DNA from: Azolla caroliniana
Lineage: Eukaryota > Plantae > Polypodiophyta
Reading direction: 5' to 3'
Length of the DNA: 64,000 nt
Assembly (NCBI GenBank): GCA_043228905.1
Contig: JBHGNT010000008.1
Location: 12,338,001-12,402,000 of the forward strand
Within the stretch, counting starts at the first letter, position 1. Every line of letters begins with the position of its first letter. The notes beneath the pieces are model-generated. The model did not search any database. It worked only from the letters and a program-made list of their open reading frames with translations, and was not told the DNA's origin. The translations under genes were made by a program, and so were the position numbers. Below are positions 36,951 through 49,737 of the stretch, in pieces.

Positions 36951-39900
36951 GTCCACGCCCTTCTTCTGCTGGAACCCCTTCACCACGATCCTGGCTTTGT
37001 ATCTCGGGGGGTTGCCGGCATCTCCGGGTTTCAACTTGTACACCCACTTGTTTCGGAGTGCCCGCTTTCCTTTCGGCAACTCCACCAATTCGTACGTATG
37101 GTTCTCATGCAGGGAATCCATCTCATCCTGCATGGCACTTAACCATTTTCGGCTGTGGGTGTCAACCTTCGCTTCTTCGAAGCTTTCTGGTTCCCCCTCA
37201 TCGGTCAGCAGCACATACTCTGAATCCGGAAATCTTCGGGGGGCCCTTCTCTCTCTGAGAGGATATCTCCGTCTCTGGGCTTCGGTAACCAGCTCCTCCA
37301 TTTGCTCTTCATCCGAATCCGATTCGGGGTCTTGGCCGGTTCCGGTTTCACCTTCCTCTACTTCTTCTTCTGCCGGTTCGGTATCCTCACCGTAACCGGC
37401 TGGTTCCTCGAGTGCTAACTGGTCTCTTGCCGGTTGGGTCTGCTCATCGTAGAATCGATCCTTACCGGTCAACTCGGAGTTCATTATCTTCTTCTCCGAC
37501 TCCCATTCGGTGAGCGTCTTGTCCTCCATGAAGATAATATCTCGACTCCAGAATACCTTCTTGTCGACCAGGTCCCACACTCGGTAGCCGAACTCATTGT
37601 CGCCGTAACCGATGAATATGCATGGCCGGGTCTTCGGATCTAGTTTTCCTCTCCGGTCCTTAGCTACATGCACATACGCAAGACACCCGAATACCTTCAG
37701 ATGCCGGTAGGACACTTCCTTACCGGTCCATACTCTCTGCGGCGTGTCTCCATCCAAGGGTACTGAGGGTGATCTGTTTATCACATATGTCGCTGTCGAC
37801 AACGCCTCAGCCCAAAATGTCTTGGGTAACTTTGCATGTGCCAACATACTCCAGACCCTCTCCATTATGGTCCGGTTCATCCTCTCGGCCAGCCCGTTTA
37901 GTTCCGGCGTCTTCGGCACGGTAAATTCGAGCCGGATTCCCTTCGAGCGACAGTACTCCTCGAACTACCCCCGGTATTCACCTCCGTTATCTACTTGAAC
38001 CGCCTTCAGCTTCCGGCCGGTTTCTCTTTCCACTCTCACGTGGAGCTCTTTGAAGACAGATAGCACCTGATCCTTCGTCTTCAACGGTGTGGCCCATAGC
38101 TTTCGGCTGTGGTCATCTATGAACGTCACGAAGTATTGCGATCCTGCATGTGACTTCGTGTCCACTTGACACACATAAGTATGCACCAACTCCAGTGGTG
38201 CATTACGTCTCATCGGTGGCCTTGGTCGGAAGGAGGTCTGGTTTTGCTTACCGGCCAGACAATCAATGCACTTCTCCAAGTGCACGTTCTTCACCGGAAT
38301 GAGGTTTTCGTCTGCAAGCCTCTTCATCCCCTTCTCGCTCATGTGACATAGCCTTTTGTGCCACAGCTCACCGACAGTGTCGGATGCTACGTTCACTTCT
38401 TCCGGACATAACCGGGCATTCATCAGGTACAACGTGTTTACCTTCCGGGCCCGAGCCACAATCAGGCTCCCTTTGCTGAACTTCATAACACCGTTCCGGA
38501 TGCTACCCGTGTAGCCTTCATCGTCTAGCCGACCGGCTGATATCAGGTTCAGACGAACCTCCGGAACGTGTCGTACATCCTTCAACAACAACTTGCATCC
38601 GGTTGGTGTTGTCAACCACACGTCTCCTATGCCGACAATTCGGCATGTACCTTCATTCCCCATCCGGACACAACCGTGATCACCGGCTGAGTAGGATGAG
38701 AAGCATTTCCGGTCCGGGGTAAGGTGGAATGACGCTCCGGAGTCGACCACCCAGGTCATCTCGTCGCCGGCAAGGTTTAGCTCGCTCTCTTCGGTGATGA
38801 GCATCAACTCTTCTTCACTTACCGCGATTGCCGTCGTTCTTCTGGTCCGGCCCCCTCCGGTCTTTACCGTTCTGGTCCGATGTCCGCTTCGAATCGGTAC
38901 CGTCGGTTTCCTTGTCTTTGCGGAAGTGCCGACAATTCTTCTGGAAGTGTCCCGGCTTGCCGCAATAGAAGCAAGTAGGCCTCCCCCTTGACTTTGACCG
39001 TGTCCCCGACTTTTCCCGGTTCTGGGGACTACGGTTCCTTTGTCTTCCGCATTCCGATTCGGTAAGGAGTGCTTTGGAGTTGAAGCTTGTATCCTAATCT
39101 TTCCGACGCGCCTCCTCATCTAGCAAGCTCGACTTTACTCTTGCTAGGGATAATCGTCTCCCTTCCGGCTCGGCGTTGCCCAAAGTGACAACCAATGTCT
39201 CCCAGCTATCCGGGAGGGAACCAAGCAGGAGTAGCGCTAGTACCTCATCGGCGAGAGGTACTTCCAATGATGTTGCCTGGTGTATCAGCCCCTGGAAGGC
39301 ATTCATGTGCTCTGCCATGTTGGAGCCATCTTGGTACCAGAGTCTTACTAGCTTCCAGAATACCGAAACCTGGTTAACAACATTTTTGTTCTGAAACATA
39401 ATGCTGATCTTCTCCAAGAGCTCATGAGCCTTGATCTCTTCATTGAAGTTGTTGTAAAGGCTCATGTCGATGAAGCACCATATGTACGTTGTTGTCTTCA
39501 TGTGCATCACCTCCCATATCGTGGCGTTGATTTTGTCCGGTCTCTTGTCCTTGAATTGAACCGGCAACCAAAGATCTTTAACCACGAGCATGTCCCTCAT
39601 CTTCAACTTCCACACGGAATAGTTGGAGCCGGTGAGCTTGAACATGCCTCCCAATGATTCGTCCATATTCTGTGTCGTTTCGCTCTGATACCACTTGAGA
39701 GGAACTGCACGCTCCCTATGCGCAACGCTCGGCCACAACCGAGCTTAGAATCATACACAGAAAACGGGAAATGAAAGCACGACACAAAGGAGAGAAGAGT
39801 ACACAGGATGTTTAACGTGGAAAACCCTGAGATGGAAAAACCACGGGAGTCCACAGACTCCAAACTATCACTATATCACAATGATTACAGTAGTGAGCTC

Positions 39901-40443
39901 ACGGAGGCAATGACCTCGTGCTCACAATCTTCGCCACAGGCGGTGGTTACAACAGAGGCAACAACCTCTTTCTCTCTCTCTCTCTCTCTCTGTACACTAT
40001 TACACGCTCTCTATTCTTGCACCAACAAGAATGACAACAACTCACTATAAAAGAGTTTGCCCTAAGTCATATTTATACTAATATGACTTTTCGGCTATTT
40101 ACACATAGCCCCGATGGACTCTCAGGAAACATATTTATGAATATGTCCCTTCATCCGGTGAGCACTCCTCACCGGGCCTGCATCATCCGGCGCTTGCTGG
40201 GTACTCGTCACCGGGTTCTCATCGGGTTTGCGCCATCCAGTTCTCCGTAGCCGGGTACTCATCCGGTTCTCACCGGGTCTGCACCATCCGGCTCTCCGTA
40301 GCCGGGTACTCCTCATCCGGTTCTCACCGGGTCTTCCGTAGCCGGGTTGCCGTCATCCGGTTCTCACCGGGTCTTCTGTAGCAGGGTTCACCACATCCGG
40401 TTTCGGCCGAGGCCTCCCATCCGGAGGGACCTGTTTCCTAACA
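36951..40443 (-). mobile_element. Ty1/copia element D, 3'-truncated within RT
   Basis: 5' LTR 39696-40443; PBS 39682-39693; gag 39094-39738; protease WVVDSGASFH; integrase; RT start ending at KKGVD. Confidence 0.93.
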
Positions 40444-40697
40444 CACAGGGTGGAGCAATGCGAATACAACATGCTTAACAGACCTACACCCATTGTGCGA
40501 TGCATAGAACTGCAACGACAACCTCGCAGGAATGATTAAGGGCGACAAGAGGAACAGTTTAGATATGTGGAACGGAATCAGTGTGAAGAGCGTCAGTACC
40601 GTAATCACCATAATAGCAACCTCTATTCCGACGAGGAAGAATAGTAGGACGAAGACTATCAGAATACCAACCGATATAATAAAGGAGGGCGTCATTA
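40444..40697 (+). repeat. 254-bp near-identical copy of gypsy gag segment 36352-36605
   Basis: Direct sequence match (GGTGGAGCAATGCGAATACAAC...GGAGGGCGTCATTA) with few substitutions. Confidence 0.9.
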
Positions 40698-42440
40698 AAC
40701 TATCTTTGTCCGGGAGAGTGATAGATGTCAATCATGTGCTATTGTCTACGGTGTGGTATATAGCTTTATCTTGGATCTTTTCAAAATTGTGCATTGGACA
40801 AATAGTTGTCAATCATGTGCTATTGTCTACGATGTGGTATATAGCTTTATCTTGGATCTTTTCAAAATCGTGCATTGGACAAATTTGAAGCCTAGTTAGG
40901 AATTTTATCTGGGCAGCAGAGGATAGGAGTCATGTAAGAGCAAAGGTGGCAAGGAGTACACTGATAACCCGGAAGCAATACAATGGTTTGGGGAGTATAG
41001 ATCCATTAGACCAATGCATGGCATTGTTAGCAAAGCTAATAATTCGTGGCCTTTTACCAGGACATGCTCCTTATAAGCAATTGCTTATGCAAAGATTGTA
41101 TCGTTGTGCTCCACCGATGGGTGGATTATGGAGTGATAACATAAGATGGATCTTTATACCAGACAAGAAACATGTTATGACTAGGAATTGGGAAGACAAA
41201 TTTTTTAATAGTCTTTTAAGAGCATGGTAGCATGTACATAAAGGGTTGGGAGATGGTGTACCAGAATACTTGAGACAACACTTAGTGTGGAATCCGAATA
41301 TGCGTTTGCCCTCATGGCACATGTTGGGGTCTCGTACGAGATTGGATTGGACCAAGCTCGATGTAGGGTCAAGAGCGTCCGTTGATGCATGAAAATACTT
41401 TCATACTTTACATATAAATGACAGATCAAAAAAAAATTCTTCCTTAAGAGGGGGGCGGATTATGTGGGACCATGTGCAGTCGGTTTTGGGGCACTCAACC
41501 TCTACGGTATAAACTCCCAAGTGGGAAGGGGTATTTACGAGGCTTCAAGTGCTAGTGGGGGTAAGGGGACATTTGTCTTGCGGACGATGTCAAGACTATG
41601 ATGTGGAGGAAGATGGCATTATATGTAGAGCAACGATACAGCCAGAGATCTTGCAATACGATACATTCTCTAAAATAAGGGTCCTTGCTTATGACAGATC
41701 TAAGTGGATCATCGACCCACAAGTTGATGCAGTCAAGGAGCATTGGAAATTGAGAGTTTTTTAAAAGAAACCCTTGATAAGGTTGCAATGTGATTTGGGA
41801 GAATTTTGGTGGAAAGATCTGTTTGATCGTGTGGAAAAAAGGTGTGCTTTTTTTCAATACTCATTTAAGATTGGACGGCACATTTTGGCAGCTCAACGCA
41901 GGACTACACCACGGGCTAGTCAATTTTGGACCCATCAAGGGGTCACATCCGAATTCCTAGCAAAGTTTTGGAGGACATTATGGAAAAGGAAGCAAGATAT
42001 GAAAATAAATGTCTTCCAATGGCGAGTAATACATAGAGCATTACCAATTGGCCAATGGTTGCAACAATCAGTTGGACCGACCGCATCCAGTGGAAAGTGT
42101 ACGAAATGTCTGGATGCAGATGGTGCATACCTTGAAAGTGAGATATGAGGAAATTAAAGGTGAGACAGATGCTGCAGTGTTGCAACGCCTCGAATTTATT
42201 GCCTATTGGAAGAATGCCCCTTTTCTCACATTACAAAATGCAAGACCCAAATGGTGCTTAGCGCCACCACTATGGTTGTTCCCACCACCAATCACATAAC
42301 TTGGTTATGGAGTGGGATGGGACTTAAGGAAGAATGCAACATACCAATGGTAGCTTGACGGTAGGTCAACTTTCTTGTAATAATTGTTTATAACTAATGA
42401 AAGGATATTTTCTAGGAAAAATAAATAAATAAATAAATAT
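40697..42440 (+). mobile_element. L1-clade LINE 3' portion (post-RT region, zf-RVT-like region, A-rich tail)
   Basis: KLSLSGRVIDVNHVLLSTVWY (plant L1 post-RT motif); FWRTLWK..KINVFQWRVIHRALP..CTKC; tail AAAA(ATAA)n at about 42417-42438; internal 81-bp tandem duplication at 40721-40884. Confidence 0.8.
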
Positions 42441-42935
42441 ATTACCATATGTAAATATGTAAATATGTACATACACATACATATATGCATTACATACTGA
42501 ATACATATTAGAATCAGTCATATATATTGAAAGAAAGATATATTAACGTCTTCTAAGACCAAAATTGGCCCATGAGACAATTGGTTTACAACAAAAATGG
42601 GGTATTTACCCATTCATCGAAAGTAAAAACATATATATGTATTATGTACATATGTATGTACATATTGACATACATATATACATAATACATGCAATAAAAT
42701 TACATATTACATATATACATACAAAACACAAAAAATTAAATTACATATTATATATGTACATATACACATACACATACATATTAATACCTAAGATTACATA
42801 TTATATGTACATATACAAATCTTCATACTTACAATTTACAAACAAGTTACATATATTACATATATATACATTGCACACACACATAAATAAATTAGATATT
42901 ACATAGCATAAAATCCATACCAATTACACAATATA
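42441..42935. repeat. Low-complexity (TA/CA/TACA)-rich tract between two LINE tails
   Basis: Directly visible. Confidence 0.75.
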
Positions 42936-43955
42936 CAAATTTATTATTATTATTTTCCGAAAAAAACTCCTTCCATTAGTTATAAAATTTTACAAATGAG
43001 ACGATTATGTACAAATCCCTGAAGGGACGCGATAGTTCCATCTTATGTGGATGCCCACTAACTCAAGAAAGGGAGAGGACGACCATTGTTGGATGAAGGC
43101 TATTTGTTGTCTTTCAACTCCCTCGGAGCCGCCCTTAAGGCCATCCTATTGGCTCTTCAGAGTGGCTACAATTTCACTCCATATCTCTTGCAGTAACCTT
43201 GTTGGATGTGCGGTTTGGTTGGAGAAGACTCGCCTACATCGTTGTTTCCATAGAATCCAAAGAGTTATTGGGTTGACCAATTCCAACACATCTTGAGAAT
43301 TGTCATTAAGAGGAGTGGAGTAGACATTGCCGCTGGAGGAGAAAAAGACCTCTTGTGCTTTTATCACCAAAGTCATCCCCTCCTCTTGATGCTTGTATCT
43401 GCCAATTGCGGTCTGCCATGATAACCAACATATATTTCCCCACTTGATTGAGCTTTGCACCTGACATAATTGCAACAAACGGCCAACCCCCTGCCATATG
43501 CGATGGGACGTTGGGCAGTCCCACAGAGTGTGTCGTATTGATTCTACTGCATGTGGGCACTCTACACAATTAGGAGAGCTAAGGTTCCCACGTTGCCATG
43601 TTCCCACCGGTAGGGACTTATGTATTAATAGCCATTGGAACGTGGTAATTCTCCTCGCGTGTTGTTGTTTCCATAGTTTCTGCCAAAACTTGGTGATTAT
43701 TGTGGGAGGAACTTGAAATGTGTGCTAGACCTTCGTAGTAGCCGGCTCTCGAGCTATTTGAGCAACTAGAATGTGACGACCCAACTAGTTGTGAATTGGA
43801 AAAATGGGATGGGTTTGCTTCCTTGCCCCGCGTAGGGATCACGCCATGTCCATTGCAAACGGTCCCAACTGACCTTACGTAGCCATGTGTTTTCATGAGT
43901 ACATATGTGCCAATCGGGTTGTACTCTGATCGGATCAGGATCTACAATCCATTTA

Positions 43956-46900
43956 TGATGGGAACTCAACGCTCCTTATGCACAACACTCGGCCAGAATC
44001 GAGCTTAGAATGATACATAGAAAAACGGAAATAAAGTGCACGACACAAAGAGGAGGAAGATACACAGGATGTTTACGTGGAAAACCCCAAATTAGGGGAA
44101 AAACCACGGCAGCCCACAGGCTGCAAACTGTCACTATGTAAGGAATGTACAAAACAGTGAGTTCACGGAGGCAACGACCTCGTGCTCACGATCTTCGCCA
44201 CAGGCGGCGGTTAGAACAGAGGCAACGACCTCTTTCTCTCTCTCTCTCTGTACACTGTTACACACTCACTCTATTCTTGCACCAACAAGAATAACAACAA
44301 CTGAATTTATAATAACTGCTAAAAGTTTGCCCTAAGTCATATTAATACTAATATGACTTTTCCGCCATTTACAAATATAGCCTCAATGGACTCTCAGAAA
44401 CATATTTACGAATATGTCTCCTCGTCCGGTTCATATCGGGTCTGCACCATCCGGCTCTCCATAGCCGGGTACTCCTCGTTCGGTTCATACCGGGTCTGTA
44501 TCATCCGGCTCTCCGTAGCCGGGTACTCCTCATCCGGTCTCGGCCGAGTTTGTTCATCGGCACTGTTCTTCTCCCTTCCCATGCGGAGGGACCTGTCTCC
44601 CAACAAACTCCCCCTTCACTCCGGCATGGGGTGTCTTACTAGTCCGATTCTCTTCCGGCATGCATCCAGCTTGTCGGGTATCAACACATTGGTCAGCATA
44701 TCTGACCCGTTCTCGGCCGTGTGGATCTTCGTCAGCGCGAACTCCTGGTCATCTACTCTTTCTCGGATCCAGTGATATCTTCGCTGGATATGCTTCGTCC
44801 GGGAATGGTAGGCCGCATTCTTAGCAAGGTGGATGGCACTTTGACTATCGCAATAGAGTCGGTATTCCTCTTGCCGGATACCGAGCTCTCCGATGAAGTC
44901 CTTCATCCATAATATTTCCTTGCCGGCTTCGGCCGCTGCCATGTACTCCGCCTCCGTGGTTGACAATGCAACCGTCTTCTGCAGCCTCGACTGCCACGAA
45001 ACAACTCCCCCTGCATATGTCATCACATACCCGGATGTAGACCAGCTGGTATCTGTGAAAGTGTTTTTAGAATCTAAGCCATTGAACATTAGGAGAATAT
45101 AAAGTATAGATAATTCACCTTTTGAGGATAAGAACACGAACTAAGACCTTAGGGAAGAAGTCAAAAGTAAAAGTACGAGACCAAGAGAAAAGTAAAAAGA
45201 GAAAACGCAGACTATAAAAAACAGTAAAAATAGAATGGTCATAACTCCCTCGTTGTTTATCCAAATATCACGTTTAAATATGGATTAGAAAGCTTGTAAA
45301 AAGAGCTTTCTATAGCTTTTTAAATCGCTTAATTTGGATATCGGATGAGGGAGATATGACGATTAGAAGGTCGATGTGTCATAGCTAAAAATAGGGAGAT
45401 AAAAAGCTTCTAAAAATAGCATGGACGTGGATAAGAAGAGGAAGGTTATAAAAGAAGAAGTGATATTAGTGAGGAGGGGGGCTAAGAGTGAAGGCCAAAG
45501 AATGGATGAGGAGTGTTAGGAAGAAGTGTCTTTGTGGAAGAGGAAGTGTCTTAGAAGAGGAAGGTCTTTGGTTTTAGTTCAATGTGGAGTTTGTCTCCTT
45601 TGTATTCTCTTGATGTTGGAATATCAGAACATTCTTATTTCTTGCTCGCTTTCTCTATCTTTTTTCTTAGTTTCTTGAGTTATACTCTCTAATCATAATT
45701 ACCTAGAGCTATATAATATATTATGATTTTCAAACTCCATCTAATCGGTTTGGTCAAGCCCTCATATAGTGTATAACTATCTATTATCTTATACACCCTA
45801 TCAGTATCCACATCAGCCGACATGTCCGAATCGGTGAAACCGTCCAGTTGAGGTTTTCCGGAGCCGAATCGGAGACACATATTTGAAGTGCCCTTCAAAT
45901 ACCGGAGTATCCATTTGACTGCATTCCAGTGCTCCTTGCCGGGATTACTCATGAACCGGCTCACCACTCCGACTGCGTATCCTATGTCCGGTCGAGTACA
46001 CACCATTGCGTACATCAAGCTCCCGACGGCAGAGGCATATGGAATCTTCATCATATCCGCCTTCTCTGCTTTCGTCTTCTGGCTTTGCTTGCCGGATAGC
46101 CTGCAGTTTGCCGGAAGTGTCGATCCGACCGGTTTCGCTTCTGACATGTTGAACCGGTGAAGCACCTTTGTCACATACTTCTCCTATGACAGCCATAATT
46201 GCTTCGCTGACCGGTTCCGGATGATGTGCATCTCCAACATCTGTCTTGCCGGACCCAAGTCTTTCATTGAGAAGGTCCGGTTGAGAGCCTTCTTCAGCAT
46301 CCGTATATTGACTTGGTCACGTCCGACGATCAACATGTCATCCACGTACAGAAGGAGTATCAGGAAGTCGCCTCCTTCGAACTTCTTCACAAACACATAG
46401 TGATCGGCCTGCGTCTTGTGGTACCCTTGATCGGTCATGAAGGAGTCGAACTTCCGGTACCATTGACGGGGAGCCTGCTTCAATCCGTACAGGCTCTTCT
46501 TCAACCTGCATACCAGGTGCTCCTTCCCTTTCTCCACAAATCCTTCCGGTTGCTGCATGTAGATCTCCTCTTCGAGGTCACCGTGAAGGAATGCCGTCTT
46601 CACGTCAGCTGCTCTACCTCGAGGTCCATGCTTGCTACTATACTCAGCACCGTCCGGATGGAGGTCATCTTTACTACCGGGGCAAATATCTCGTCGAAGT
46701 CCACACCCTTCTTCTGCTGGAACCCCTTCACCACGATCCTGGCTTTGTATCTCGGGGGTTTCCGGCATCTCCCGGTTTCAACTTGTACACCCACTTGTTT
46801 CGGAGTGCCCGCTTTCCTTTCGGCAGCTCCACCAATTCGTACGTATGGTTCTCATGCAGGGAATCCATCTCGTCCTGCATGGCAGTTAACCATTTTCGGC

Positions 46901-49289
46901 TGTGGGTGTCTTCCTTCGCTTCTTCGAAGCTTTCCGGCTCCCCCTCATCGGTCAGCAGAACATGCTCTGCATCCGGAAATCTCCGGGGCGCCCTTCTCTC
47001 TCTGAGAGGATATCTCCGTCTCTGGGCTTCGGTGACCGGCTCATCCATCTGCTCTTCATCCGAATCCGATTCGGGGTCTTGGCCGGTTCCGGTTTCAGCT
47101 TCCTCTACTTCTTCTTCTGCCGGTTCGGTATCCTCAGCGTAACCGGCTGGATCTTCGAGTGCTAACCGGTCTCTCGCCGGTTGGGTCTGCGTATCGTAGA
47201 GTCGATCCTTACCGGTCGACTCGGAGTTCATTATCTTCTTCTCCGACTCCCAGTCGGCGAGCGTCTTGTCCTCCATGAAGATAATATCTCGACTCCGGAA
47301 TACCTTCTTGTCGACCGGGTCCCACACTCGGTAGCCGAACTCATCGTCACCGTAAACGAGGAATATGCATGGCCGGGTCTTTGGATCTAACTTTCCTCTC
47401 CGGTCCTTAGCTACATGCACGTATGCGAGACACCCGAACACCTTCAGATGCCAGTAGGATACTTCCTTACCGGTCCACACTCTCTGTGGCGTGTCTCCAT
47501 CCAAGGGTACTGAGGGTGATCTGTTTATCATGTATGTCGCCGTCGACAATGCCTCAGCCCAAAACTTCTTGGGTAGTTTTGCATGCGCTAGCATACTCCG
47601 GACCCTCTCCATTTTGGTCCAGTTCATCCTCTCGGCCAGCCCGTTTAGTTCCGGCGTCTTCGGCACGGTAAATTCGAGCCGGATTCCCTTCGAGCGGCAG
47701 TACTCCTCAAACTGCCCCCGGTATTCTCCTCGGTGATGAGCATCAACTCTTCTTCACTTGCCGCGATTGCCGTCGTTCCCTTCCGGTCCGGCCCCCTTCG
47801 GTCTTTACCATTCCGGTCTGGGGTCCGCTTCGAATCGGTACCGTCGGTCTCCTTATCTTTTCGGGAATGCCGACAGTTCTTTTGGAAGTGTCCCGGCTTG
47901 CCGCAATAGAAGCAAGTGGGCCTCCCCCTTGACTTTGACCGTGTCCCCGACTTCTCCCGGTTCTGGGGACTACGATTTCTATGTCTTCCTCGTTCCGATT
48001 CGGTAAGGAGCACTTTGGAGTCGGAGCTCGTATCTTTGTCTTTCCGACGCGCCTCCTCATCTAGCAAGCTCGACTTTACTCTTGCTAGGGATAACCGTTT
48101 TCCTTCTGGCCCGGCGTTGCCCAAAGTGACAACCAACGTCTCCCAGTTATCTGGGAGGGAACCGAGCAGGAGTAGCGCTAGTACCTCATCGGCAAGAGGT
48201 ACTTCCAATGATGTTGCCTGGTGTATCAGCCCCTAGAAGGCATTCATATGCTCCGCCATGCTGGAGCCATCTTGGTACCAGAGTCTTACTAGCTTCCGGA
48301 ATACCGAAAGCTGATTAACAACATTTTTGTTTTGAAACATTATGCCGATCTTCTCCCAGAGCTCATGAGCCTTGCTCACTTCATTGAAGTTGTTGTACAG
48401 GCTCATGTCGATGAAGCACCGTATGTACGTTGTTGTCTTCATGTGCATCACCTCCCATATCGCGGCGTCGATTTTGTCCGGTCTCTTGTCCCCGAACTGA
48501 ACCGGCAACCAGAGGTTTTTTAACCACAAGCATGTCCCTCATCTTCGACTTCCACACTGAATAGTTGAAGCCAGTGAGCTTGAACATGCCGCCAAACGAT
48601 TCGTCCATTTTCTGTGTCTTTTCGCTCTGATACCACTTGACGGGAACTCAACGCTCCTTATGCACAACACTCGGCCAGAACCGAGCTTAGAATGATACAC
48701 AGAAAAACGGAAATAAATTGCACGACACAAAGAGGAGGAAGATACACAGGATGTTTACGTGGAAAACCCCAAATTAGGGGAAAAACCACGGTAGCCCACA
48801 GGCTGCAAACTGTCACTATGTAAGGAATGTACAAAACAGTGAGTTCACGGAGGCAATGACCTCGTGCTCACGATCTTCGCCACAGGCGGCGGTTAGAACA
48901 GAGGCAACGACCTCTTTCTCTCTCTCTCTCTCTGTACATTGTTACGCACTCACTCTATTCTTGCACCAACAAGAATAACAACAACTGAATTTACAACAAC
49001 TGCTAAAAGTTTGCCCTAAGTCATATTTATACTAATATGACTTTTCGGCCATTTACAAATATAGCCTCGATGGACTCTCAGAAACATATTTATGAATATG
49101 TCTCCTTGTCCGGTTCATACCGGGTCTGCACCATCCGGCTCTCCGTAGCCGGGTACTCCTCGTCCGGTTCATACCGGGTCTGTATCATCCGGCTCTCCGT
49201 AGCCAGGTACTCCTCATCCGGTCTCGGCCGAGTTTGTTCATCGGCACTATTCTTCTCCCTTCCCATCCGGAGGGACCTGTCTCCCAACA
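43956..49289 (-). mobile_element. Ty1/copia element E with both LTRs (same family as D), internally deleted
   Basis: LTRs 43956-44605 and 48638-49289; TSD ATTTA on both sides; PBS 48624-48635; PPT AGGGGGAGTT; gag, IN, RT (LYVDDML), RH ORFs; 54-bp subrepeats in the LTRs. Confidence 0.97.
45054..45803 (+). mobile_element. Solo LTR nested in the RNase H region of copia E
   Basis: TG..CA termini; perfect TSD GTATC (45049-45053 / 45804-45808); removal rejoins SADVDT|SWSTSGY. Confidence 0.88.
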
Positions 49290-49737
49290 ATTTATGACCA
49301 GTATATGCGAGTACTCGAATTGCATTATTCTATGTTGGTATCTCAATGTCTCGCGATTGAGAGCCTTCGAGCCTGTCTGGTGGTTCCCTACCTCTCGGGA
49401 TCAGAGATCCCTCCTCCTCATGGCCTATCCTTTTCTCCATTGTCGTCCTTTGAGTAGCAGATTCCCTAATCAGTAGAGCGTTAATGATTTCCGATCTCAT
49501 AGTCCATTCGCCCCTGATTCCATGGAGTATGTTTGCCTGATCTTGTAGTGGCAATGACATAAACCATTGTCGTGAAGAAAACCGGGCATAGGCAGAATTG
49601 GAGAAAAAGGCGCATGAACCGGCTCTTACATGGATGGGCGCATGAATTGCTATTTTGATATTTTGTACATGATTCATAAATGGATCGGCTGATGTAAATA
49701 CTAAGTAGTACGCTGTCGTAGTGTAATTCGCACAGGA

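Larger units (their letters stand above)
42940..49737 (-). mobile_element. Second L1-clade LINE 3' portion, interrupted by copia E
   Basis: zf-RVT/CCHC CVECPHAVESIRHTLWDC and WILWKQRCRRVF (43146-43607); (AAT)n tail near 42940. The frame AYTGHKWIVDP rejoins across the copia insertion and matches AYDRSKWIIDP of the first LINE. Confidence 0.8.

Noticed and set aside
45054-45803. Retrozyme or hammerhead ribozyme in solo LTRs
   Set aside because: I could not find a CTGA(N)GA...GAAA core with flanking stems in any LTR by eye; an Infernal search would be needed to exclude it.
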